A program made the position numbers and the translations under genes. A DNA stretch of 64,000 nt from an uncultured delta proteobacterium (lineage in GTDB: Bacteria > Myxococcota_A > Polyangia > Polyangiales > Polyangiaceae): the NCBI GenBank assembly GCA_963850305.1, contig CAWKKR010000011.1, positions 320,001 to 384,000 of the forward strand, read 5' to 3'. Below the pieces are notes generated by a model, which worked only from the letters and a program-made list of their open reading frames with translations, was not told the DNA's origin and ran no database searches. This document shows positions 1-8,664 of this stretch, in pieces (positions within the stretch are counted from its first letter, which is position 1; each line of letters opens with the position of its first letter).

Positions 1-138
1 GTGGCATGCGCGCCTTCACCGCCGGCGCGCCACCAGCCTACGGCTCGACTCAGGCGACTCGCGCGTGAGCAGTCAGCGTCCGTCGCGGACCACCTCGAGT
101 GGTCCCGTCGTTCGCGAAGAGTTCCCTCCCCGCGTTGC

Positions 139-180
139 GGCAAGGCCGTTCCACGTCACGGAAAGGCCGTTCCACGTCAC
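139..180. repeat. Two tandem copies of a 21-bp unit GG(C/A)AAGGCCGTTCCACGTCAC
   Basis: 139-159 and 160-180 differ at one base; followed by partial GGCGGCAAGGC; just downstream of the putA stop. Confidence 0.8.
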
Positions 181-203
181 GGCGGCAAGGCATCCGAGTC
201 TCG

Positions 204-3173
204 TCAATCCTCCGGCGCGAACCCGCGGCGGAGGGTGTTCTCGGTGACGGTCCGGGCAGTGGCGAAGTGCAGCAGGTAGTCGCGGCCGCCCGCCTTGCCG
301 CCGGTGCCGGAGTGCCGGTGGCCGCCGAAGGGCTGACGTGAGACGAGCGCGCCGGTGATCTTGCGGTTCACGTAGAGGTTGCCGACGTCGAAGTCGGCGC
401 GAGCACGGGCGATGTGGGCGGGGCTCCGCGAATAGACGCCACCCGTGAGCGCGTATTCGGTCCCGTTCGCGAGCGCGAGCGCGTGCGCGAAGTCCCTCGC
501 ACGCAGCACGGCGAGGACCGGGCCGAAGATCTCTTCCTGGGCGAGCTTCGACGTCGGATCGACGTCGGCGACGATCACGGGCGCGGCGAAGTATCCCCGC
601 TTCGTGCCGGGACCGAGCTCGCCGCGATAGACCACCCGCGCGGCGCGGCTCGCCGCCTCGACGTAGCGCGCGACGCGTCCCACGGACTCGGCGTCGATGA
701 GAGGGCCCACGGAGCTCGCGGGGTCGTCGGCAGGACCCGTGACGAGAGCGCGAGCGGCTTCGACGAGCCTTTCGACGAACGCATCGTGGGCTCGCCCGAC
801 GACGATGACGCGGCTGCACGCCGAGCACTTCTGACCCGCGTACCCGAACGCGGACGCGAGCACGCCGGGGACGGCTTCGTCGAAGTCGGCGTCGTCATCG
901 ACGATGATCGCGTTCTTGCCGCCCATCTCGGCGATGACTTTCTTGATGCCGAAGGGTCCGATCGACGTTTCCGCCGCCCTCCGGGCGATCAGGTGTCCAG
1001 CGGCACGCGAGCCGGTGAACGCAATGGTCGCGATATCGGGGTGCTCGACGAGCCGCGCGCCCGCGACCTCGCCGAGGCCGGGCAAGAAGTGGAGGGCTCG
1101 CGCCGGCACGCCCGCCTGGCGGAACAGGCGGAAGACGTGGAAGGCACACGCGGGGGTTTGCTCGGCGGGTTTCAGGAGTACCGGATTGCCCATCACGAGG
1201 GCCGCGCTCGCCATGCCCGTCAAGATCGCGAAGGGGAAATTCCAGGGACTGATGACCGCTGTGGGGCCGCGGGGTCCGAGCGTGGTCACGTTGTCCTCGC
1301 CCGGGACCGCGCACCGCTCGGGCTTCGAGAGAGCGCGCGCCTCGACGGCGTAGTAACGACAGAAGTCGATCGCCTCGGCGATGTCCGCGTCGGCGTCGCG
1401 GATCGGCTTCCCGGCTTCGAGACATGCCCAGGCCGCAAGTTCGTCGCGCCGCGCCGCCATCGAGGCGGCGACGCGCTCCAGGATCGCCGCTCGCTCGTAC
1501 GCGGGAACCGCGCGCCACTCGGCTAAGCCCTCCTTCGCGGATTCCACCGCTCGATCGACATGGCCGGCCTCGGCGGATGCACTCGACGCGACGACGCGCG
1601 TGGCGTCCGACGGGCACACGCTCCGGATCAGCTCGGCGGTATCGACGTCCCCGCCCGCGATGACGAGCGAGCAGTGAATCCCGGCATCCCGCGACACGCT
1701 CGCGAACGCGCTGCGAAAGGCGGTCCGCGCTTCCTCGTTCGAGAAGTCGCGAAGGGGCTCGTTCTGGAATGCGTCGCCCGGGTCAAGGTTCATCGGGGTT
1801 TCCTCTCGGGGTGGGGACGGAAGCGGTGGCGCGACGAGCCAGTCGATATCTTGGCCGCTGCCCAGCTCGTGCCGCACGAAGGATTCGTTGGAGGTGTTTT
1901 CGAGAAGGCGTCTCACCAGATAGGCCATGCCGGGAATGAGCTCGCCGAAGGGCATGTAGACCCGCACGCGCTGGCCCATCTTCGTGAGTCCGACTTTGAG
2001 GGCTTCGGCCATGCCGTAGAGGGCCTGGAGCTCGATGTAGCGCTCCGGAAGGCCCCGCACCCGCGCCACCGAGAGCGCTCGCGAAAGGCTTCGTACGTTG
2101 TGGCTCCCGAACGCCGGCCGGAGGGTGCTCTCGCGATCGAGCAAGAGCTCGGTGCACCGCTCGTAGTTCGCGTCGGTCTCCCATTTCCGCTCCCAGACCG
2201 GCACCGGCCAGCCGCGTTGTCGGGCGAGCACCGTCTCGGAATCCCAGTACGCGCCCTTGACGAGTCGCACCCAGAAGGGAGCGCCGCGCCGGCGCGCGAA
2301 CGCCGAGAGCCGTCCGAGGTCACGCTCCGCGTCGCGCAGATAGGCCTGGAGAACGACGCCGACGTGCGCATTCCTGGCGTAGCGAGGGCTCCCGAGCACT
2401 TCTTCGAAGATTGAAAGCGTGAGGTCCTTGCGTTCGTATTGCTCCATGTCGACGTGGACGAACGCGCCGACTTCCGCGGCGACGTCGAGGATGGAGCGGA
2501 GCCGGGGGACGACGGCGCGTGCCACTCCGTCGGGGTCGAGGGGATCGAAGATGGACGTCAATGCGGACAGCTTGATGGAAATGTTTACCCGCGGGAGACG
2601 CGAGCCGTCGTGGTCGCGATCGATGCGCGGGTCCTCCGGGAGGGACGCCACGGCGCTCGCCGTCTCGCGGAGCAGCGCGACGTATTGATCGCGATAAGCG
2701 TCCGCTTCGCGTTCGGTGAGCACGGCTTCACCGAGCGCATCGAGGGTGGCCGCGAGGCCGCGCGACCGGAGCTCGCGGATCGCGACGACGAGCTCGCGCG
2801 GCGTGGTGCCGGCGATGAACCTCTTCGCCATCCGGAGAACGTTGCGACGCGCCGTCCTCGAGACGACTCGCGCGACGCGCCGCTCCGACCGCGAGAGGTC
2901 GACCGTCCACCGGAGCGGCACGGGGAGGTCGTCCCGCGCGTCCCCGAGGTATTCGACGAGGTGCGCCGTGACGTCATCGGGCGGCAGCGCCGGGAGGACG
3001 TCGATGAACCGGAAGAGCTCCGCTTTCAGGTGCGGATGGCGCATACAGAAGTCGAGGACGAGGTCATCCCAGAATGCCGTATCCGGCAGCCACGGCACGT
3101 CGCTCGAGGATTGCTCGAGGAGCGCTCGCGCCGTACGCTCGGTGGCTTCCTCGATGTCGTCGGACTCGGGCAC
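204..3173 (-). CDS. putA: Bifunctional proline dehydrogenase / pyrroline-5-carboxylate dehydrogenase
   Basis: 989 aa; PRODH motifs (LFRFIDVLP, RLVKGAYWD, YLVRRLLEN) then ALDH motifs (ISPWNFP, EMGGKN, GQKCSA, EEIFGP). Confidence 0.95.
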   Translation of the reverse strand: MPESDDIEEATERTARALLEQSSSDVPWLPDTAFWDDLVLDFCMRHPHLKAELFRFIDVLPALPPDDVTAHLVEYLGDARDDLPVPLRWTVDLSRSERRVARVVSRTARRNVLRMAKRFIAGTTPRELVVAIRELRSRGLAATLDALGEAVLTEREADAYRDQYVALLRETASAVASLPEDPRIDRDHDGSRLPRVNISIKLSALTSIFDPLDPDGVARAVVPRLRSILDVAAEVGAFVHVDMEQYERKDLTLSIFEEVLGSPRYARNAHVGVVLQAYLRDAERDLGRLSAFARRRGAPFWVRLVKGAYWDSETVLARQRGWPVPVWERKWETDANYERCTELLLDRESTLRPAFGSHNVRSLSRALSVARVRGLPERYIELQALYGMAEALKVGLTKMGQRVRVYMPFGELIPGMAYLVRRLLENTSNESFVRHELGSGQDIDWLVAPPLPSPPREETPMNLDPGDAFQNEPLRDFSNEEARTAFRSAFASVSRDAGIHCSLVIAGGDVDTAELIRSVCPSDATRVVASSASAEAGHVDRAVESAKEGLAEWRAVPAYERAAILERVAASMAARRDELAAWACLEAGKPIRDADADIAEAIDFCRYYAVEARALSKPERCAVPGEDNVTTLGPRGPTAVISPWNFPFAILTGMASAALVMGNPVLLKPAEQTPACAFHVFRLFRQAGVPARALHFLPGLGEVAGARLVEHPDIATIAFTGSRAAGHLIARRAAETSIGPFGIKKVIAEMGGKNAIIVDDDADFDEAVPGVLASAFGYAGQKCSACSRVIVVGRAHDAFVERLVEAARALVTGPADDPASSVGPLIDAESVGRVARYVEAASRAARVVYRGELGPGTKRGYFAAPVIVADVDPTSKLAQEEIFGPVLAVLRARDFAHALALANGTEYALTGGVYSRSPAHIARARADFDVGNLYVNRKITGALVSRQPFGGHRHSGTGGKAGGRDYLLHFATARTVTENTLRRGFAPED

Positions 3174-3261
3174 CGAGTGAGCTTAGCGCGCGCGGAAGGC
3201 TCGTCGCCGATCCGCCCGCGGAACCTTGGAGTAGGATGCCCGTTCGAACCAAAGGAGCGCC

Positions 3262-4119
3262 ATGGACCCCGATTTAGACGACGACCCGAACCTCCTTCCG
3301 CGAAGACCGAGTGGCACCGGCCGGCTCGTGATGGTTCTCGGCATTCTCCTGCCCGCGTCGATCGGTGCCGGCATCGCGATCGGGGCGTACACTTTCGGCT
3401 CCCCTCACCCGTCCGCGGCGCCCGTTGCGAGCGTCGAAAAACCTAAATGCCCGCCCGTTCCGACGGTTCCCGTTCCGGTGACCCTGGTCGACCGGGCGAT
3501 TGCCGGTGACTACCAGGCCCTCGATGCACTCAAGGCCAAGGCGCCCGCGGATCGCACCGTCGAGGAGACGCTCGCCCTCTGGCGAGGCAAGGCGCACAAC
3601 AAGTCGGCGGCTCTCGAGGGTTTCAACAAGGAGATCAAGAAGAACGCGGACGTGCTCTCGGACAAGAGCCAGCTTTCGCGGCTCAAGGATTTCCTGAACG
3701 ACCGCGAGACCACGAACCAGGCCGCTGCGGTCATCGTGGACCTTCCCGGCACGCTCGGCCCGGATCTTCTTTACGAAGCCGCGACTGCGAGAAAACCCGG
3801 GGAAACGGGCGAGCTTGCGGATGAACTCCTCGAGACGAAGCAAGTACGCGACAAGGCGTCTCCTGCGTTACTGCTGGCGCTCGACCTGAAAAAGTCCACG
3901 CAGTGCGAGGACTTCAAGGCGCTGCTCCCGCGGGCCGCAGAGCAGGGCGATCGCCGCTCCGTTCCGCTCCTGTTCAAGTTGACGAAAAAGCACGGGTGCG
4001 GGGACAACAAGCTCGGCGATTGTTATGAGTGTCTGAGGCCGCTCGAAAAGGACAAGACTGCGATCGACCTCGGGAAGGCGCTGAAGGCAGCTCTGAAGCG
4101 CCCCGCTCCAAAGCTCTGA
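3262..4119 (+). CDS. Hypothetical membrane-anchored protein
   Basis: 285 aa, AAGGAG RBS, N-terminal TM segment, helical C-terminal part with several Cys. Confidence 0.75.
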   Translation: MDPDLDDDPNLLPRRPSGTGRLVMVLGILLPASIGAGIAIGAYTFGSPHPSAAPVASVEKPKCPPVPTVPVPVTLVDRAIAGDYQALDALKAKAPADRTVEETLALWRGKAHNKSAALEGFNKEIKKNADVLSDKSQLSRLKDFLNDRETTNQAAAVIVDLPGTLGPDLLYEAATARKPGETGELADELLETKQVRDKASPALLLALDLKKSTQCEDFKALLPRAAEQGDRRSVPLLFKLTKKHGCGDNKLGDCYECLRPLEKDKTAIDLGKALKAALKRPAPKL

Positions 4120-4122
4120 GAG

Positions 4123-4698
4123 ATGAGAGAACTTCCGGCCGTTCGCGTGAGCGCCGCTCGCGACATGGTCGCATTCGCGGAAAAGTTCGAAGCAGGGACG
4201 CGGGCCAAGATCCTGGATCGTATGCCTCCGGCGACACGCCAGGCGTTCGAGTCGAGCCCGCGGACGTCGTGGTCCGGCATCGAAGACGATCACTGGGTCG
4301 TGGATGGCGTCGTGAACGCCCTAGGACGCAAGCGAGCGGTCGAATGTTGGCGGAGCGCTATCCCCGACCTGATCGACAAACCGCTCCTTCACGGTTTCGT
4401 GTCCGGCATGGTGCGGCTCTTCGGACGAGATCCCGCGCGGATCATCGGCCTCGTGCCGAAGGGCTGGCCGCTCGTGTTCCGCAACTTCTGCGACCTACGC
4501 TCGGCAGATGGCGACGGACAGCGCGCCATCATCCATTTCGAACGAGTCGCGCCGGAGGTGAAGGCCTACCCGAACTACTTTCATTCCTGGGATGGGATCC
4601 TGCAGGGGGTGCTCCTCATCTGCCGCGTCGACGGCACCGTCGACTTCACCGTCGGGCGGGATATGACCAGCGCCGAGGCCATCGTCCGGTGGGGTTGA
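4123..4698 (+). CDS. Hypothetical myxobacterial protein, DUF2378/TIGR02265-like
   Basis: 191 aa, 3 nt after the upstream stop; size and C-terminal 'IVRW' ending resemble this family; family call tentative. Confidence 0.6.
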   Translation: MRELPAVRVSAARDMVAFAEKFEAGTRAKILDRMPPATRQAFESSPRTSWSGIEDDHWVVDGVVNALGRKRAVECWRSAIPDLIDKPLLHGFVSGMVRLFGRDPARIIGLVPKGWPLVFRNFCDLRSADGDGQRAIIHFERVAPEVKAYPNYFHSWDGILQGVLLICRVDGTVDFTVGRDMTSAEAIVRWG

Positions 4699-4713
4699 GG
4701 AGTCGGGCCGCGA

Positions 4714-6159
4714 TCAGCCGCCGTCGACGCCGCCCGTAGATGCGGTCCTTGGTCCCAGCACGAAGTCGAGATCGGTGCGGGCCATTTCCACCGTGGGAAC
4801 GCGCGCAGCTACGGCGGGATCGAGCCCACCCAGCTGCTCCAATCGCTGGAGGACGTGTGGCGAGAAGGCACGGAAGAGAAGGCGCACGGATGCCGTGTAA
4901 TGCCCCCCTGCGAGCGCCGACAGATCGTAGGAGCGCGGGTCCGTCTCCGACACCGCGATGAGGTGGCTCGTCTCCGAGTTCGGCTCCCAGAGGAAGTCGA
5001 CCGGATGGGGTGCCGGAGCGGTCGAGGCGTCGGTCGGCGCGGCGAAGAACAGCTCCTGACCGTACCAGACGAGACTCGGATCGGTCCCGGGACGCGTCGT
5101 GCGGGTCGGGTCGTTCACCCGAAGGTCTCCGTTCTCGTCGAGCGTCCCGGATTCGAAGACCGTCGCGCCAGCGTCATTCCGGACGAGGAGCTCGATCCAC
5201 ATCTGACGATCGGCGGTCGCGCCGGTCGGGAGCGCATGGCCGGCGAGGTTCTGGATCGTGACGCCGACGCGTCGCGTGGACGGGTCCACGACCGCGGCGA
5301 ACGCCACGCTGCCCTGGAGCAGGGCCTCGGTGCGATTTCGGAGCTCCGCGTAACCGGGGAAATCGGGTGCTGAAAGAAGCGAGACGTCGACGCCTGCAAA
5401 CACGTGATCATGAAGGGTGCGCGACGGGTGTCCGACGGCGGCGGGACCCGTGGAGCTCGGCATGTGGCAATCCTGGCAGGATCGGAAGCCATTGAAGTCG
5501 CTCTGCACCCATTCGATGTACGTGCGCTCGAGCGCGACGTCGTTCGGGTTGACGACGACGTGGCAGGTCCCGCAGAGCTTCGAGTCCTCGAACAGATCAC
5601 TGTGGGCGGTCTGGTGCGCCGTGCAGGGGTCGGGGTTCGGAATGGGCCCCTGACGGGTGCCGTCACGGGTCATCGTGAAATCGGCGTTGGACTCGTCTTC
5701 GATTGACGTGATCGAGTGACAGACGAGGCACGACACGCCGTCGGTCGCGTCCGTCGGAAGCCCGTCGAACGGCTGCGTGAAATCGCCGGTCGCGGGGTCC
5801 TTCCTGACGGCCGTTGCCCCGGTAGCGCTGCCGATCGGGGTGTGACACTTGACGCAAAAGTCTCCGAGCTGACCGGCGGTGTCGTGCTGGCCAACTTTCA
5901 CCATCGCCTGGAACACCGGATCCTTCATGGCGTAGGCGTGTGAAGAGACGTCCCACTCGGCGACCTGTTGCGGATGACAGCTCGCACACTCCGTCTCGGG
6001 TCCAGTCGGCGGATGGGACGAGCCATCCATATTTTCTCGCGCCGGATGACCCGTGCACCCACAGACGAACGCACCGGCGCACGCACACGCACACGCACAC
6101 GCACACGCCCGCGTGCACGAAAGGAGAAGCCGGGCACGCATTGACGCGTTGCTCGCCAC
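4714..6159 (-). CDS. Multiheme (5 CxxCH) cytochrome c, probably exported
   Basis: CASCH, CVKCH, CLVCH, CGTCH, CQDCH; 'AGHALPTG' motif; start uncertain. Confidence 0.85.
   Translation of the reverse strand: MASNASMRARLLLSCTRACACACACACAGAFVCGCTGHPARENMDGSSHPPTGPETECASCHPQQVAEWDVSSHAYAMKDPVFQAMVKVGQHDTAGQLGDFCVKCHTPIGSATGATAVRKDPATGDFTQPFDGLPTDATDGVSCLVCHSITSIEDESNADFTMTRDGTRQGPIPNPDPCTAHQTAHSDLFEDSKLCGTCHVVVNPNDVALERTYIEWVQSDFNGFRSCQDCHMPSSTGPAAVGHPSRTLHDHVFAGVDVSLLSAPDFPGYAELRNRTEALLQGSVAFAAVVDPSTRRVGVTIQNLAGHALPTGATADRQMWIELLVRNDAGATVFESGTLDENGDLRVNDPTRTTRPGTDPSLVWYGQELFFAAPTDASTAPAPHPVDFLWEPNSETSHLIAVSETDPRSYDLSALAGGHYTASVRLLFRAFSPHVLQRLEQLGGLDPAVAARVPTVEMARTDLDFVLGPRTASTGGVDGG
6083..6106. 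repeat. (GCACAC)4 microsatellite encoding Ala-Cys repeats in the cytochrome N-terminus
   Basis: Four perfect hexamers; minus strand reads ACACACAC in protein. Confidence 0.8.
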
Positions 6160-6300
6160 TCTACCGAGGGTTCACCGAGAAAGCACGCGCCGCAAGATTT
6201 CGCGAGCGCCGGGCGAAGGAGACCCGCGCCCGTCGACAGCCGGAACCCTCCACTGATAAGCTTTTCTGCTTCGATTTCGCCCGGTCCGCGAAAGGCACTC

Positions 6301-8640
6301 ATGCTTCCTGTTCGATTCCTGGCCATGGCCTGTACGGTGGGGCTCTTCGGTGTCGGTTGTTCGTCGAGCAGTCATACGACTCTCGGGGCCGGCGACGGCG
6401 GCGTGAAAGTCGGTGACATCACCACCGCCGCCACCTTCGTCGCGGGGGGTTCGATCGGCGAGGTTTGGATCACGGACGCCAACCAGGGCGACAATCTCGT
6501 CCTCGCGGACGCGGACTCGAACGAGGTCGCGCATGGCTCTGCGGACGCGCTCGGCTCCCTGATCCTGCGCGGCATCACGCCGGGTCCAGGTTACACGGTG
6601 CGTCTCGTGACCGGGAACACGGTCGCGGGAACCAAGCCGTTGGAGGTGCTCTCGCGTGACGAGGTGCCGGACCCGTCCCTTTACCAGCAGCCACTCGTTC
6701 AAGGGCTCAACTACGTCAAGATGCGCGACGGCATCGAGCTTGCCATGACGGTCCGTCTGCCCGAAGGCAAGACTCTCGCGGACGGCCCGTTTCCGACGGT
6801 CATCGAGTATTCGGGCTACCAGATCGCGGCGCCGCACGATCTGCTGAGCGCCGCCGTCGGAGCCATCGCCGGGGGTCAGAGCCTGTCCAGTCTGTCCGAC
6901 CCGCTGCTTCCGGACACGTCGACTGCGGTGAGCTCGATCATCCTGCCGATGCTCGGCTACGCTGCCGTCGCGGTCCAGATGCGCGGCTCGGGTTGCTCGG
7001 GAGGCGACTTCCAGCTCTTCGACGTGCCCACGACCTACGATGGCTACGACGCGGTCGAGACGGTGGCGGCGCAATCCTGGGTGAAGGGCGGCGTCGTGGG
7101 GCTGGCGGGCATCTCGTTCTCGGGGATCTCGCAGCTCTTCGTGGGCGGGACGCGCCCCCCGCACCTTGCCGCGATCGCGCCCATGAGCGTCACCGACGAT
7201 CTGTACACGGGCACGGGGTTCCCCGGCGGAATCTTCAACAATGGTTTTGCGGAGTCGTGGCTCGACGAGCGTCAGCAGAACGCGCTACCGGCACCGGAAG
7301 CAGGAGCCCAGCCGTACGCGATCGCGCTCGTGCAGCAGGGCGACGTGCATTGCACGAACAACCAGAAGCTCCGACTGCAGACGCAGGACATCCACGAGCT
7401 GATCGAGACGAACCCTTTCCGGAACGCGGCGCTTCTCGACGATCGATCGCCTTCGAAGTGGGCGAGCAAGGTCAACGTACCGGTCTTCCTCGTGGGTCAG
7501 TTCCAGGACGAGCAGACCGGCGGACACTTTGCGGAGATGCTGAGCCAGTTCGACTCCGACCCCACGGCGTGGTTCTCGCTGCAAAACGGCGTGCACTGCG
7601 ACTCGCTCGGTCCGGCGACGTTCACGCGCTGGGCCGAGTTCCTTTCTCTGTTCGTCGCGGGCGAGATCCCTTCGATCGCGCCGTCGGTCTCGAGCCTGAG
7701 CACGGAACTGTATCAGGCCGTCGCGAACGGGTCGCCGAGTGAACCCCTTCCGCCGACGCGCTTCGATGCGTTCACCGACGTCGGAGCGGCGAAGACGGAG
7801 TTCGAGAAGGACCCGCGCGTTCGCATGCTGCTCGACAGTGGGAGCGGTGACGCCGGGGTCGGCGCTCTGCAGCCGACCTGGGAGCTGGACTACGACGCGT
7901 GGCCCGTGACCGGCGCCGTTGCGACGTCGTATTATCTGGGCGCATCCGGCGCGCTCGCGACGACGGCGCCTGACGCCGGGGAGGTCAGTTACGAGGCCGA
8001 TGCCTCGAAGCGGCCTTCCACTACCCTCGCCAGCGACGCGACGGACGGTCCGTGGGCGCCCCTGCCGAGCTATGATTGGGAACCGGTGGCCAGCGGCGCC
8101 GGCGTCGGCTTCACGTCGGCGGCTCTCGCCTCGGACGTCGTCATCGCGGGAGCGTCGTCGCTCGATCTCCAGCTGAAGTCATCGGCAAAGGACACCGACG
8201 TCCAGGTGACGCTCTCCGATGTCCGCCCCGACGGCCAGGAAATGTACGTGCAGAGCGGCTGGCTGCGCGCGTCGCATCGCGCGGTCGATCCGACGCTGTC
8301 GACCGCGACCGACCCGATCCAGGATCACCTGCAAGCAGACGCGCAGGACATGCCCGCCGGCAGCTTCGACACCCTCCGCGTGCAGATCTATCCCGTGGGC
8401 TACGCCTTCAGGGCGGGCGAGAAGATCCGCGTGACCATCCAGGCGCCCGGCGGCGAGCGGCCGAGCTGGGCGTTTCAGACCCTCGACGATGGCACCATCA
8501 CCGACACGATCCAGCTCGGGCCCTCCAAGCTCGTACTGCCCGTCATTCCGGGAGCCACCGCGGGCGCTCCACTTCCCGCGTGCCCATCGAATCGCGGTCA
8601 GCCGTGCCGCGCGTACGTGCCGGCGTCGAACGGGGGCTGA
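6301..8640 (+). CDS. CocE/NonD family (peptidase S15-like) hydrolase lipoprotein
   Basis: Lipobox GVGC; 'MRDGIELA', 'RGSGCSGG', nucleophile GISFSG, C-terminal 'GWLRASHR' domain. Confidence 0.9.
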   Translation: MLPVRFLAMACTVGLFGVGCSSSSHTTLGAGDGGVKVGDITTAATFVAGGSIGEVWITDANQGDNLVLADADSNEVAHGSADALGSLILRGITPGPGYTVRLVTGNTVAGTKPLEVLSRDEVPDPSLYQQPLVQGLNYVKMRDGIELAMTVRLPEGKTLADGPFPTVIEYSGYQIAAPHDLLSAAVGAIAGGQSLSSLSDPLLPDTSTAVSSIILPMLGYAAVAVQMRGSGCSGGDFQLFDVPTTYDGYDAVETVAAQSWVKGGVVGLAGISFSGISQLFVGGTRPPHLAAIAPMSVTDDLYTGTGFPGGIFNNGFAESWLDERQQNALPAPEAGAQPYAIALVQQGDVHCTNNQKLRLQTQDIHELIETNPFRNAALLDDRSPSKWASKVNVPVFLVGQFQDEQTGGHFAEMLSQFDSDPTAWFSLQNGVHCDSLGPATFTRWAEFLSLFVAGEIPSIAPSVSSLSTELYQAVANGSPSEPLPPTRFDAFTDVGAAKTEFEKDPRVRMLLDSGSGDAGVGALQPTWELDYDAWPVTGAVATSYYLGASGALATTAPDAGEVSYEADASKRPSTTLASDATDGPWAPLPSYDWEPVASGAGVGFTSAALASDVVIAGASSLDLQLKSSAKDTDVQVTLSDVRPDGQEMYVQSGWLRASHRAVDPTLSTATDPIQDHLQADAQDMPAGSFDTLRVQIYPVGYAFRAGEKIRVTIQAPGGERPSWAFQTLDDGTITDTIQLGPSKLVLPVIPGATAGAPLPACPSNRGQPCRAYVPASNGG

Positions 8641-8664
8641 CGCCTCGATCGCGGCGCGCGGCGG

